Assembly: GCA_030390025.1 (NCBI GenBank)
Contig: CM059452.1
Coordinates: 8,866,001 to 8,930,000 of the forward strand
DNA length: 64,000 nt
Direction of reading: 5' to 3'
Source of the DNA: Squalus acanthias
Lineage: Eukaryota
Shown here: in pieces, positions 37,301 through 53,087 of the stretch
Position numbering within the stretch: position 1 is the stretch's first letter
Layout: every line of letters starts with the position of its first letter
Translations under genes and position numbers: made by a program
The notes under the pieces: generated by a model
What the model saw: only the letters and a program-made list of their open reading frames with translations
Databases searched by the model: none
Told to the model about the DNA's origin: nothing

Positions 37301-39236
37301 ACTAGACCCTGTCTATGTTTATGTTACACTAGACCCTGTCTCTGCTTATATTACACTAGACGCTGTCTCTGTTTATGTTACACTAGACCCAGTCTCTGTT
37401 TATATTACACTAGATCCTGTCTCTGCTTAAGTTACACTAGACCCTGTCTCTGTTTATATTGCACTAGACCCTGTCTCTGTTTATATTACACTAGACCGTG
37501 TCTCTGTTTATGTTACACTAGACCCTCTCTCTGTTTATATTACACTAGACCCTGTCTCTGTTTATGTTACACTCGACCGTGTCTCTGTTTATATTACACT
37601 AGACCCTGTCTCTGCTTATGTTACACTAGACCCTGTCTCAATTTATATTACAACTAGATCATGTCTCTATTTATAAAACACTTGACCCTGTCTCTGATTA
37701 TGTTACATTCGACCCTGTCTCTGTTTATTTTACACTAGAGCCTGTCTCTGTTGATATTGCACTGCACCCTCTCTCTGTTTATATTACACTAGACACTGTC
37801 GCTGTTTATATTACACTAGACCCTGTCACTGTTTATATTACACCAGACCCTTTCTCTGTTTATATTACACTGCACCCTGTCTCTGTTTATTTTCCACTCG
37901 GCCCTGTCTCTGTTTATATTACACTCGGCATTGTCTCTTTTTATTTTACACTAGACCATGTCTCTGTTTATATTACACTAGACCCTGTCTCTGTTTATAT
38001 TACACTAGACCCTGTCTCTGTTTATATTACACTAGACCCTGTCTCTGTTTATATTACACTAGACACTGTCTCTGTTTATATTACACTATACCTTGTCTCT
38101 CTTTATGTTACACTAGGCCCTATCTCTCTTTATATTACTCTAGACCCTGTCTCTGTTTATATTACACTCGACCCTGTCTCTGTTTATGTTACACTAGACC
38201 CTGTCTCTGTTTATATTACACTCGACCCTGTCTCTGCTTATGTTACACTAGACCCTGTCTCTGTTTATATTACACTAGACCCTGTCTCTGTTTATTTTAC
38301 ACTAGACCCTGTCTCTGTTTATATTACACTAGACCCTGTCTCTGTTTATGTTACACTCGACCCTGTCTCTGTTTATTTTACACTAGACCCTGTCTCTGTT
38401 TATATTACACTAGACCCTGTCTCTGTTTATATTACACTAGATCCTGTCTCTGTTATATTACACTAGACCCTGTCTCTGTTTATGTTACACTTGACCCTGT
38501 CTCTGTTTATATTACACTAGACCCTGTCTCTGTTTATATTACACTAGACCCTGTCTCTGTTTATATTACACTAGACCCTGTCTCTGTTTATATTACACTA
38601 GACCCTGTCTCTGTTTATATTACACTAGACCCTGTCTCTGTTTATGTTACACTAGACCCTGTCTCTGTTTATATTACACTAGACCCTGTCTCTGTTTATA
38701 TTACACTAGACCCTGTCTCTGTTTATATTACACTAGAGCCTGTCTCTGTTATGTTACACTAGACCCTGTCTCTGTTTATATTACACTAGACCCTGTCTCT
38801 GTTTATATTACACTAGACCCTGTCTCTGTTTATATTACACTAGACCCTGTCTCTGTTTATATTACACTAGACCCTGTCTCTGTTTATATTACACTAGACC
38901 CTGTCTCTGTTTATGTTACACTAGACCCTGTCTCTGTTTATATTACACTAGACCCTGTCTCTGTTTATATTACACTAGACCCTGTCTCTGTTTATATTAC
39001 ACTAGACCCTGTCTCTGTTTATGTTACACTGACCCTGTCTCTGTTTATATTACACTGACCCTGTCTCTGTTTATGTTACACTAGACCCTGTCTCTGTTTA
39101 TATTACACTAGACCCTGTCTCTGTTTATGTACACTAGACCCTGTCTCTGTTTATATACACTAGACCTGTCTCTGTTTATATTACACTAGACCCTGTCTCT
39201 GTTTATATTACACTAGACCTGTCTGATTATAGTATT

Positions 39237-39375
39237 CGAGCACCCGGAGGAAACCCACGCAGACACGGGGAGAATGTGCAAACTCCACACAGACAGTCAC
39301 CCGAGGTCAGATTCGAACCCGGGTCTCTGGCGCTGTGAGGCACCAGTGCTAACCACTATGCCACCGTGTTGCCCA
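39237..39375 (-). mobile_element. tRNA-derived V-SINE (HE1-like) 5' part
   Basis: A box tggcatagtgg, B box gttcgaatc, V-domain tgtgtggagtttgcac. Confidence 0.85.
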
Positions 39376-42300
39376 CTGGTTCCTGTCTCTGGTTATATTA
39401 CACTAGACCCTGTCTCTGTTTATGTTACATTGACCCTGTCTCTGTTTATATTACACTAGACACTGTCTCTGTTTGTATTACACTCGAGCCTGTCTTTGTT
39501 TCTTGCGCTCGACACTGTCTCTGTTTATATTCCAACTAAACCATGTCTCTGTTTATCTTACACTTGATCCTGTCCCTGTTGATGTTACACTGCACCCTTT
39601 CTCTGTTTATATTACACTAGACCCTGTCTCTGTTTATGTTACACTAGACCCTGTCTCTGTTTATATTACACTAGACCCTGTCTCTGCTTATGTTACGCTA
39701 GACCCTGTCTCAATTTATATAATAACTAGATCATGGCTCTTTTTATAAAACACTTGACCCTGTCTCTGATTATGTTACAGTCGAGCCTGTCTCTGTTTAT
39801 ATTACACTAGACCCTGTCTCTGTTTATATTACGCTAGACCGTGTCTCTGTTTATGTTACAATGCACCCTTGCTCTGTTTATATTACACTACACCCTGTCT
39901 CTGTTCATATTACACTAGACCCTGTCTCTGTTTATATTACACTAGACCGTGTGTCTGTTTATATTACTCTAGACCCTGTCTCTGTTTATATTACACTAGA
40001 CCATGTCTGTGTTTATATTACACTAGACTCTGTCTCTGTTTATGTTACACTCGACCCTGTCTCTGTTTATTTTACACTAGACCCTGTCTATGTTTATGTT
40101 GCACCAGACCCTCTCTCTGCTTATATTACACTAGACCCTGTCTCTGTTTATGTTACACTAGACCCTGTCTCTGTTTATGTTACACTAGACCCAGTCTCTG
40201 TTTATATTACACTAGATCCTGTCTCTGCTTAAGTTACACTAGACCCTGTCTCTGTTTATATTGCACTAGACCCTGTCTCTGTTTATATTACACTAGACCG
40301 TGTCTCTGTTTATGTTACACTAGACCCTCTCTCTGTTTATATTACACTAGACCCTGTCTCTGTTTATGTTACACTCGACCGTGTCTCTGTTTATATTACA
40401 CTAGACCCTGTCTCTGCTTATGTTACACTAGACCCTGTCTCAATTTATATTACAACTAGATCATGTCTCTTTTTATAAAACACTTGACCCTGTCTCTGAT
40501 TATGTTACATTCGACCCTGTCTCTGTTTATTTTACACTAGAGCCTGTCTCTGTTGATATTGCACTGCACCCTCTCTCTGTTTATATTACACTAGACACTG
40601 TCTCTGTTTATATTACACTAGACCCTGTCACTGTTTATATTACACCAGACCCTTTCTCTGTTTATATTACACTGCACCCTGTCTCTGTTTATTTTCCACT
40701 CGGCCCTGTCTCTGTTTATATTACACTCGGCATTGTCTCTGTTTATATTACACTAGACCCTGTCTCTGTTTATATTACACTAGACCCTGTCTCTGTTTAT
40801 ATTACACTAGACCCTGTCTCTGTTTATATTACACTAGACCCTGTCTCTGTTTATATTACACTAGACCCTGTCTCTGTTTATATTACACTAGACCCTGTCT
40901 CTGTTTATGTTACACTAGACCCTGTCTCTGTTTATATTACACTAGACCCTGTCTCTGTTTATATTACACTAGACCCTGTCTCTGTTTATGTTACACTAGA
41001 CCCTGTCTCTGTTTATATTACACTAGACCCTGTCTCTGTTTATATTACACTAGACCCTGTCTCTGTTTATATTACACTAGACCCTGTCTCTGTTTATTTT
41101 ACACTAGACCCTGTCTCTGTTTATATTACACTAGACCCTGTCTCTGTTTATATTACACTAGACCCTGTCTCTGTTTATATTACACTAGACCCTGTCTCTG
41201 TTTATATTACACTAGACCCTGTCTCTGTTTATATTACACTAGACCCTGTCTCTGTTTATATTACACTAGACCCTGTCTCTGTTTATGTTACACTTGACCC
41301 TGTCTCTGTTTATATTACACTAGACCCTGTCTCTGTTTATATTACACTAGACCCTGTCTCTGTTTATGTTACACTGCACCCTGTCTCTGTTTATATTACA
41401 CTAGACCCTGTCTCTGTTTATATTACACTAGACCCTGTCTCTGTTTATGTTACACTAGACCCTGTCTCTGTTTATATTACACTAGACCCTGTCTCTGTTT
41501 ATGTTACACTAGACCCTGTCTCTGTTTATATTACACTAGACCCTGTCTCTGTTTATATTACACTAGACCCTGTCTCTGTTTATATTACACTAGACCCTGT
41601 CTCTGTTTATATTACACTAGACCCTGTCTCTGTTTATATTACACTAGACCCTGTCTCTGTTTATATTACACTAGACCCTGTCTCTGTTTATATTACACTA
41701 GACCCTGTCTCTGTTTATATTACACTAGACCCTGTCTCTGTTTATGTTACACTCGACCCTGTCTCTGTTTATTTTACACTAGACCCTGTCTATGTTTATG
41801 TTGCACCAGACCCTGTCTCTGCTTATATTACACTAGACCCTGTCTCTGTTTATGTTACACTAGACCCTGTCTCTGTTTATGTTACACTAGGCCCAGTCTC
41901 TGTTTATATTACACTAGATCCTGTCTCTGCTTAAGTTACACTAGACCCTGTCTCTGTTTATATTGCACTAGACCCTGTCTCTGTTTATATTACACTAGAC
42001 CGAGTCTCTGTTTATGTTACACTAGACCCTCTCTCTGTTTATATTACACTAGACCCTGTCTCTGTTTATGTTACACTCGACCGTGTCTCTGTTTATACTA
42101 CACTAGACCCTGTCTCTGCTTATGTTACACTAGACCCTGTCTCAATTTATATTACAACTAGATCATGTCTCTATTTATAAAACACTTGACCCTGTCTCTG
42201 ATTATGTTACATTCGACCCTGTCTCTGTTTATTTTACACGAGAGCCTGTCTCTGTTGATATTGCACTGCACCCTCTCTCTGTTTATATTACACTAGACAC

Positions 42301-43617
42301 TGTCGCTGTTTATATTACACTAGACCCTGTCACTGTTTATATTACACCAGACCCTTTCTCTGTTTATATCACACTGCACCCTGTCTCTGTTTATTTTCCA
42401 CTCGCCCTGTCTCTGTTTATATTACACTCGACATTGTCTCTTTTTATTTTACACTAGACCATCTCTCTGTTTATATTACACTAGACCCTGTCTCTGTTTA
42501 TATTACACTAGACACTGTCTCTTTTTATATTACACTATACCTTGTCTCTCTTTATGTTACACTAGGCCCTATCTCTCTTTATATTACTCTAGACCCTGTC
42601 TCTGTTTATATTGCACTCGGCCCTGTCTCTGTTTATGTTACACTAGACCCTGTCTCTGTTTATATTACACTCGACCCTGTCACTGCTTATGTTACACTAG
42701 ACCCTGTCTCTGTTTATATTACACTAGACCCTGTCACTGTTATTTACACTAGACCCTGTCTCTGTTATATTACACTAGACCCTGTCTCTGTTTATGTTAC
42801 ACTAGACCCTGTCTCTGTTTATTTTACACTAGACCCTGTCTCTGTTTATATTACACTGACCCTTTCTCTGTTTATATTACACTAGACCCTGTCTCTGTTT
42901 ATATTACACTAGACCCTGTCTCTGTTTATATTACACTAGACCCTGTCTCTGTTTATATTACACTAGACACTGTCTCTGTTTATATTACACTAGACCCTGT
43001 CTCTGTTTATTACACTAGACCCTGTCTCTGTTTATATTCCACTAGACCCTGTCTCTGTTTATATTACACTAGACCCTGTCACTGTTTATGTTACACTAGA
43101 CCCTGTCTCTGTTTATATTACACTAGACCCTGTCTCTGTTTATATTACACTAGACCCTGTCTCTGTTTATATTACACTAGACCCTGTCTCTGTTTATATT
43201 ACACTAGACCCTGTCTCTGTTTATAATACACTAGATCATGGCTCTTTTTATAAAACACTTGACCCTGTCTCTGATTATGTTACAGTCGAGCCTGTCTCTG
43301 TTTATATTACACGAGACCCTGTCTCTGTTTATATTACGCTAGACCGTGTCTCTGTTTTTGTTACACTGCACCCTTGCTCTGTTTATATTACACTACACCC
43401 TGTCTCTGTTTATATTACACTAGACCCAGTCTCTGTTTATGTTACACTAGACCCTGTCTCTGTTTATATTACACTCGACCCTGTCACTGCTTATGTTACA
43501 CTAGACCCTGTCTCTGTTTATATTACCAGTCGACCATGTCTCTGATTATGTTAAACTCGACCCTGTCTCTGTTGATATTGCACTGCACCCTTTCTCAGTT
43601 TATATTGCACTAGATCC

Positions 43618-43735
43618 TACATAGAAACATAGAATCTAGGAGCAGGAGTAGGCCATTCGGCCCGTCGAGCCTGCTCCGCCATTCAATACGATCATGGCTG
43701 ATCATCCAAATCCCGTACCCTGTCCCTGCTTTTTA
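43618..43735 (-). mobile_element. CR1 LINE 3' tail
   Basis: catagaaacatagaa..ggagcaggagtaggccattcggccc. Confidence 0.75.
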
Positions 43736-45258
43736 ATATACACAACGACCCTGTCTCTGTTTCTATTACGCTAGACCCATGATCTCTGTTTATATTGCCT
43801 GCACCTGTGAATACAGTAGAACCCTTCTCTCTGTTTATGTTAACACTCGACCCTGTCTCTGTCTATGTTACACTCGACCCTGTCTCTGTTTATATTACAC
43901 TAGACCCTGATCTCTGTTTATGTTACACTCGACCCCTGTCTCTGTTTATATTCACACTAGCCCTGTCTCTGTTTATGTTAACCCAGACCCTGTCTCTGTT
44001 TATATTACACTTGATCCTGTCCCTGTTGATGTTACACTGCACCCTTTCTCTGTTTATATTACACTAGACCCTGTCTCTGTTTATGTTACACTAGACCCTG
44101 TCTCTGTTTATATTACACTAGACCCTGTCTCTGCTTATGTTACGCTAGACCCTGTCTCAATTTTATAATAACTAGATCATGGCTCTTTTTATAAAACACT
44201 TGACCCTGTCTCTGATTATGTTACAGTCGACCCTGTCTCTGTTTATATTACACTAGACCCTGTCTCTGTTTATATTACGCTAGACCGTGTCTCTGTTTAT
44301 GTTACACTGCACCCTTGCTCTGTTTATATTACACTACACCCTGTCTCTGTTTATATTACACTAGACTCTGTCTCTGTTTATGTTACACTCGACCCTGTCT
44401 CTGTTTATATTACTCTAGACCCTGTCTCTGCTTGTGTTACACTAGACCCTGTCTCTGTTTATATTGCACTAGACCCTGTCTCTGTTTATATTACACTAGA
44501 CCCTGTCTCTGTTTATGTTACACTAGACCCTGTCTCTGTTTATATTACACTAGACCCTGTCTCTGTTTATATTACACTAGACCGTGTGTCTGTTTATATT
44601 ACTCTAGACCCTGTCTCTGTTTATATTACACTAGACCATGTCTGTGTTTATATTACACTAGACTCTGTCTCTGTTTATGTTACACTCGACCCTGTCTCTG
44701 TTTATTTTACACTAGACCCTGTCTATGTTTATGTTGCACCAGACCCTCTCTCTGCTTATATTACACTAGACCCTGTCTCTGTTTATGTTACACTAGACCC
44801 TGTCTATGTTTATGTTGCACCAGACCCTGTCTCTGCTTATATTACACTAGACCCTGTCTCTGTTTATGTTACACTAGACCCTGTCTTTGTTTATATTGCA
44901 CTAGATCCTGTCTCTGCTTAAGTTACTCTAGACCCTGTCTCCGTTTATATTGCACTAGACCCTGTCTCTGTTTATATTACACTAGACCGTGTCTCTGTTT
45001 ATGTTACACTAGACCCTCTCTCTGTTTATATTACACTAGACGCTGTCTCTGTTTATGTTACACTCGACCGTGTCTCTGTTTACATTACACTCGGCATTGT
45101 CTCTTTTTATTTTACACTAGACCATGTCTCTGTTTATATTACACAAGACCCTTTGTCTGTTTATATTACACTAGACCCTGTCGCTCTTTATATTATATCA
45201 GACCCTTTCTCAGTTTATAATATACTAGGCACTGTCTCAGTTATTGCTGCACAAGATC

Positions 45259-47342
45259 ATAACATAACATAAGAACATAAGAAATAGGAGCAGGAGTAGG
45301 CCAAACGGCCCCTCGAGCCTGCTCCGCCATTCAATAAGATCATGGCTGATCTGATCCTAACCGCCAATCTACTATCTATCACAGAACCATCTCCTGCATC
45401 TAACAGAATTGCACACACGAAATAGGAGCAGAATCAGGCTACACAGTCCCTGGGCCCGCTCCACTACCCACAGGGCCATGACCGATCCGAACCTAGACTC
45501 ATGTCCAAATTCCTGCCCGCTCCCCGTAACCCTTAATGCCCTTTACTTCTAGGAAACTGTCTATTTCTGTTTTAAATTTAATTAATGTTGTAGCTTCTAC
45601 AGCTTTTTGTGGCAGCATATTCCATGGACCTACCACCCTCTGAGTGAAGTAGTTCCTCCTCATCTCAGTTTTGAAAGAGCAGCCCCTTATTCTAAGACTA
45701 TGTCCCCTAGTTCTCGTCTCACCCGTCATCGGGAACATCCTCCCCGCATCCACCCGATCCAACCCCTTCACAATCTTACGATAGCAAAATACTGCAGATG
45801 CTGGAAATCCGAAATAACAACAGAAAACGCTGGAAAAACTCAGCAGGCCAGGCAGCATCCGTAGAGAGAGAAAGAGAGTTGACGTTTCAGGTCGATGACC
45901 CTTCACAATCTTATATGTTTCAATAAGATCGCCTCTCATTCTTCTGAACTCCAATGAGTAGAGTCCCAATCTACCCAACCTCTCCTCATATGACCACCCC
46001 CTCATCCCCGGGATTAACCGAGTGAACCTTTTTTGCACTGCCTCGAGAGCAAGGATGTCTTTCCTTAAGTAAGGACACCAAAACTGTATGCAGTATTCCA
46101 GGTGCGGTCTCACCAATACCTTGTACAACTGAAGCAATACCTCCCTATTTTTATATTCTATCCCCCTAGCAATGAAAGCCAACATTCCATTTGCCTTCTT
46201 AATCACTTGCTGCACCTGCATACTAACCTTTTGAGTTTCGTGCACCAGGACCCCCAGATCCCTTTGCACTTCAGTACTCTCCAGTTTCTTGCCATTAAGA
46301 TAATAAATTGCTCTAGGATTTTTCCTGCCAAAGTGCATCACCTCACACTTTCCAGTGTTGTATTCCATCTGCCAAATCTCTGCCCACTTACTTAGCCTGT
46401 CTATGTCCCCTTGCAGGTTTTTTATGTCCTCCTCACTCACTACTTTCCCTCCCATCTTAGTATCATCTGCAAATTTTGATATGTTACACTTGGTCCCTTC
46501 CTCCAAATCGTTAATATAGATTGTGAAGAGTTGGGGACCCAGCACTGACCCCTGTGGAACACCACTAGTTACTGATTGCCAGTCTGAGAATGAACCATTT
46601 ATCCCAACTCTTTGCTTTCTGTTAGATAGCCAATCCTCTATCCATGCCAGAATATTACCCCCAATCCCGTGATTTTTTACCTTAAGCAATAATCTTTTGT
46701 GTGGCACCTTGTCAAATGCCTTTTGGAAGTCTAAATACACTACGTCCACTGGTTCCCCTTTATCCACTCTATATGTTACTTCCTCAAAGAACTCCAGCAA
46801 ATTTGTCAAACATGACTTCCCCTTCGTAAAACCATGCTGACTTTGTCCTATTAAATTATGATTATCCAAATGTCCTGTTACTGTTTCCTTAATAATGGAC
46901 TCCAAAATTTTACCTACCACAGATGTTAGGCTAACCGGTCTATAGTTACCAGCCTTCTGTCTACTGCCCTTTTTAAATAAGGGTGTTACATTAGCAGTTT
47001 TCCAGTCTGCCGGGACCTTAGCGGAATCCAGGGAGTTTTGAAAAATTATTACCAATGCATCTACAATCCCTACCGCCACTTCCTTCAAGACTCTAGGATG
47101 TAAGCCATCAGGTCCAGGTGATTTATCCGCCTTGAGTCCCATTATTTTACCGAGTACCACTTCCTTAGTGATTTTGATCGTGTTTAGCTCCTCTCCCCCT
47201 ATAGCCCCCTGTTTGTCCAGTGTTGGGATATTCTTAGTGTCCTCTACTGTAAAGACTGATACAAAATATTCATTCAGTGTTTTTGCCATCTCCATATTTC
47301 CCACCATTAATTTCCCGGTCTCATCCTCTAAGGGATCATCTC
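45259..47342 (-). mobile_element. CR1-clade LINE, 5'-truncated, open reverse-transcriptase domain
   Basis: ORF 45499-47346 with KSPGPDG, NYRPVSLTS, LDFQKAFD, GVPQGSVLGP, FADD; 3' UTR and short-repeat tail at 45259-45290. Confidence 0.96.
45779..45898 (-). mobile_element. Short element nested in the CR1 ORF, 15-bp target duplication
   Basis: cccttcacaatctta at 45764-45778 and 45899-45913; KIVKG duplicated in the protein. Confidence 0.9.
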
Positions 47343-50300
47343 TCATGTCTCTTTTTATATTACACTAGACCCTGTCTCTGTTTATATTACACTAGACCCT
47401 GTCTCTGTTTATCATACACTAGACCCTGTCCCTGTTTATGTTACACTAGACCCTGACTCTGTTTATGTTACACTAGACTCTTTCTCAGTATATATTACAC
47501 TAGACCCAGTCTCTGTTTATGTTACACTAGACCCTGTCTCTGTTTATATTACACTCGACCCTGTCACTGCTTATGTTACACTAGACCCTGTCTCTGTTTA
47601 TATTACACTAGACCCTGTCTCTGATTATGTTACACTAGACCCTGTCTCTGTTTATATTACAACTAGACCATGTCTCTGATTATGTTAAACTCGACCCTGT
47701 CTCTGTTTATATTACACTAGACCCTGTCTCTGTTTATGTTGCACTAGACCCTGTCTCTGTTTATATTACACTAGACCCTGTCTCTGTTTATATTACACTA
47801 GACCCTGTCTCTGTTTATGTTACATTGACCCTGTCTCTGTTTATATTACACTAGACTCTGTCTCTGTTTGTATTACACTCGAGCCTGTCTCTGTTTGTTG
47901 AGCTCAACACTGTCTCTGTTTATATTCCAACTGGACCATGTCTCTGTTTATCTTACACTTGATCCTGTCCCTGTTGATGTTACACTTGACCCTGTCTCTG
48001 TTTATTTTACACTAGACCCTGTCTCTGTTTATATTACACTGCACCCTTTCTCTGTTTATATTACACAAGACCCTGTCTCTGTTTATATTACGCTAGACCC
48101 TGTCTCTGTTTATATTACACTGGAACTTCTCTCTGTTTATATTACACTAGACCCTGTCTCTGTTTATGTTACACTGGACCCTGTCTCTGTTTATATTACA
48201 CTAGACCCTGTCTCTGTTTATATTACACTAGACCCTGTCTCTGTTTATATTACACTAGACCCTGTCTCTGTTTATGTTACACTAGACCCTGTCTCTGTTT
48301 ATATTACACTAGACCCTGTCTCTGTTTATAGTACACTAGACCCTGTCTCTGTTTATATTACACTAGACCCTGTCTCTGTTTATGTTACACTAGACCCTGT
48401 CTCTGTTTATATTACACTAGACCCTGTCTCTGTTTATATTACACTAGACCCTGTCTCTGTTTATGTTACACTAGACCCTGTCTCTGTTTATATTACACTA
48501 GACCCTGTCTCTGTTTATGTTACACTAGACCCTGTCTCTGTTTATATTACACTAGACCCTGTCTCTGTTTATGTTACACTAGACCCTGTCTCTGTTTATA
48601 TTACACTAGACCCTGTCTCTGTTTATGTTACACTAGACCCTGTCTCTGTTTATATTACACTAGACCCTGTCTCTGTTTATGTTACACTAGACCCTGTCTC
48701 TGTTTATATTACACTAGACCCTGTCTCTGTTTATATTACACTTGACCCTGTCTCTGTTTATGTTACACTCGACCCTGTCTCTGTTTATTTTACACTAGAC
48801 CCTGTCTCTGTTTATATTACACTAGACCCTGTCTCTGTTTATATTACACTAGACCCTGTCTCTGTTTATGTTACACTAGACCCTGTCTCTGTTTATGTTA
48901 CACTAGACCCTGTCTCTGTTTATATTACACTAGACCCTGTCTCTGTTTATATTACACTAGACCCTGTCTCTGTTTATATTACACTAGACCCTGTCTCTGT
49001 TTATATTACACTAGACCCTGTCTCTGTTTATATTACACTAGACCCTGTCTCTGTTTATATTACACTAGACCCTGTCTCTGTTTATATTACACTAGACCCT
49101 GTCTCTGTTTATATTACACTAGACCCTGTCTCTGTTTATATTACACTAGACCCTGTCTCTGTTTATATTACACTAGACCCTGTCTCTGTTTATGTTACAC
49201 TAGACCCTGTCTCTGTTTATATTACACTAGACCCTGTCTCTGTTTATATTACACTAGACCCTGTCTCTGTTTATGTTACACTAGACCCTGTCTCTGTTTA
49301 TATTACACTAGACCCTGTCTCTGTTTATATTACACTAGACCCTGTCTCTGTTTATATTACACTAGACCCTGTCTCTGTTTATATTACACTAGACCCTGTC
49401 TCTGTTTATATTACACTAGACCCTGTCTCTGTTTATGTTACACTAGACCCTGTCTCTGTTTATATTACACTAGACCCTGTCTCTGTTTATATTACACTAG
49501 ACCCTGTGTCTGTTTATATTACACTAGACAATGTCTCTGTTTATATTACACTAGACCATGTCTGTGTTTATATTACACTAGACTCTGTCTCTGTTTATGT
49601 TACACTAGACCCTGACTCTATTTATGTTACACTAGATCCTTTCTCAATTTATATTACACTAGCCCCTGTCTCTATTTATGTTACACTAGACCCTGTCTCT
49701 TTTTATAAAACACTTGACCCTGTCTCTGATTATGTTACATTCGACCCTGTCTCTGTTTATTTTACACTAGACCCTGTCTCTGTTTATATTGCACTGCACC
49801 CTTTCTCTGTTTATATTACACTAGACCCTGTCACTGTTTATATTACACTAGACCCTGTCACTGTTTATATTACACCAGACCCTGTCTCTGTTTATATTAC
49901 ACCAGACCCTGTCTCTGTTTATTTTCCACTAGGCCCTGTCTCTGTTTACATTACACTCGGCATTGTCTCTTTTTATTTTACACTAGACCATGTCTCTGTT
50001 TATATTACACAAGACCCTTTGTCTGTTTATATTACACTAGACCCTGTCGCTGTTTATATTATATCAGACCCTGTCTCAGTTTATAATATACTAGGCACTG
50101 TCTCAGTTATTGCTGCACAAGATCATGTCTCTTTTTATATTACACTAGACCCTGTCTCTGTTTATATTACACTAGACCCTGTCTCTGTTTATATTACACT
50201 AGACCCTGTCTCTGTTTATGTTACACTAGACTCTTTCTCAGTATATATTACACTAGACCCAGTCTCTGTTTATGTTACACTAGACCCTGTCTCTGTTTAC

Positions 50301-53087
50301 ATTACACTAGACCCTGTCGCTGTTTATATTACACTAGACCCTGTCTCAGTTTATAATATACTAGCACTGTCTCAGTTATTGCTGCACTAGATCATGTCTC
50401 TGTTTATATTACACTAGACCCTGTCTCTGTTTATATTACACTAGACCCTGTCTCTGTTTATATTACACTAGACCCTGTCTCTGTTGATATTGCACTGCAC
50501 CCTTTCTCTGTTTATATTGCACTAGATCCTGTCTCTGTTTATGTTACACTAGACCCTGTCTCTGTTTATATTACAACTAGACCTTGTCTCTGATTATGTG
50601 AAACTCGACCCTGTCTCTGTTTATTTTACACTAGACCCTGTCTCTGTTGATATTGCACTGCACCCTTTCTCTGTTTATATTGCACTAGATCCTGTCTCTG
50701 TTTATGTTGCACGAGACCCTGTTTATGTTTATGTTACACTGCACCCTTGCTCTGTTTATATTACACTACACCCTGTCTCTGTTTATATTACACTAGACTC
50801 TGTCTCTGTTTATGTTACACTCGACCCTGTCTCTGTTTATATTACTCTAGACCCTGTCTCTGCTTGTGTTACACTAGACCCTGTCTCTGTTTGTATTGCA
50901 CTAGACCCTGTCTCTGTTTATATTACACTCGACCCTGTCTCTGTTTATATTACGCTAGACCCTGTCTCTGTTTATATTACACTAGACCGTGTGTCTGTTT
51001 ATATTACACTAGACCCTGTCTCTGTTTATATTACACTAGACCATGTCTGTGTTTATATTACACTAGACTCTGTCTCTGTTTATGTTACACTAGACCCTGA
51101 CTCTATTTATGTTACACTAGATCCTTTCTCAATTTATATTACACTAGCCCCTGTCTCTATTTATGTTACACTAAACCCTGTCTCTGTTTATATTACACTA
51201 GACCCTGTCTATGTTTAAGCTACACTAGACCCTGTCTCTGTTTATATTACACGAGACACTGTCTCTGTTTATTTTACACTAGACCCTGTCTCTGTTTATA
51301 TTACACTGCAGGCTTGCTCTGTTTATATTACACTACACCCTGTCTCTGTTTATATTACACTAGACCCTGTCTCTGTTTATGTTACACTCGACCCTGTCTC
51401 TGTTTATATTACACTGGACCCTGTTTCTGTTTGTAGTACACTAGACCCTGTATCTGTTTATATTACACTTGAACCTCTTGCTGTTTATTTTACACGGTGG
51501 CATAATGTCTCTGTTTATTTACACAGACCCTGTCTCTGGGTTTATATTACACTAGACCCTGTCTCTGTTTATATTACACTAGACCCTGTCTCTGTTTATA
51601 TTACACTGACCCTGTCTCTGTTTTTATACTCTGGACCCTGTCTCTGTTTATATTACACTAGACCCTGTCTCTGTTTATGATTACACTAGACCCTGTCTCT
51701 GTTTATATTACACTAACCCTGTCTCTCTTTATATTACACTAGACCCTTTCCGCTGTTTATATTACACTAGACCCTGTCTCTGTTTATGTTACACTAGACC
51801 CTGTCTCTGTTTATATTACACTAGACCCTGTCTCTGTTTATATTACACTAGACCCTGTCTCTGTTTATGTTACACTAGACCCTGTCTCTGTTTATGTTAC
51901 ACTAGACCCTGTCTCTGTTTATATTACACTCGACCCTGTCTCTGTTTATATTACTCTAGACCCTGTCTCTGCTTGTGTTACACTAGACCCTGTCTCTGTT
52001 TATATTGAACTAGACCCTGTCTCTGTTTATATTACACTAGACCCTGTCTCTGTTTATGTTACACTAGACCCTGTCTCTGTTTATATTACACTAGACCCTG
52101 TCTCTGTTTATATTACACTAGACCGTGTGTCTGTTTATATTACACTAGACCCTGTCTCTGTTTATATTACACTAGACCATGTCTGTGTTTATATTACACT
52201 AGACTCTGTCTCTGTTTATGTTACACTAGACCCTGACTCTATTTATGTTACACTAGATCCTTTCTCAATTTATATTACACTAGCCCCTGTCTCTATTTAT
52301 GTTACACTAAACCCTGTCTCTGTTTATATTACACTAGACCCTGTCTATGTTTAAGCTACACTAGACCCTGTCTCTGTTTATATTACACTAGACACTGTCT
52401 CTGTTTATTTTACACTAGACCCTGTCTCTGTTTATATTACACTGCACGCTTGCTCTGTTTATATTACACTACACCCTGTCTCTGTTTCTATTACACTAGA
52501 CCCTCTCTCTGTTTATGTTACACTCGACCCTGTCTCTGTTTATATTACACTAGACCCTGTCTCTGTTTATGTTACACTAGACCCTGACTCTATTTATGTT
52601 ACACTAGATCCTTTCTCAATTTATATTACACTAGCCCCTGTCTCTATTTATGTTACACTAAACCCTGTCTCTGTTTATATTACACTAGACCCTGTCTATG
52701 TTTAAGCTACACTAGACCCTGTCTCTGTTTATATTACACTAGACACTGTCTCTGTTTATATTACATTAGACCCTGTCTCTGTTTATATTACACTAGACCC
52801 TGTCTCTGTTTATTTTACACTAGACCCTGTCTCTGTTTATATTACACTGCACCCTTTCTCTGTTTATATTACACTAGACCCTGTCTCTGTTTATATTGCA
52901 CTGCACCCTGTCTCTGTTTATATTACAGTAGACCCTGTCTCTGTTTATGTTACACTCGACCCTGTCTCTGTTTATATTACACGAGACCCTGTCTCTGTTT
53001 GTATTGCACTGCACCCTTTCTCTGTTTGTATTACACTAGACCCTGTATCTGTTTATATTACACTTGAACCTCTCGCTGTTTATATTA

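Noticed and set aside
47868-50390. 840-aa and similar (ITLDPVSVY)n or (YYTRPCLCL)n ORFs throughout 25-63 kb
   Set aside because: Translation of a 27-bp satellite with frequent frameshifts and no gene structure.
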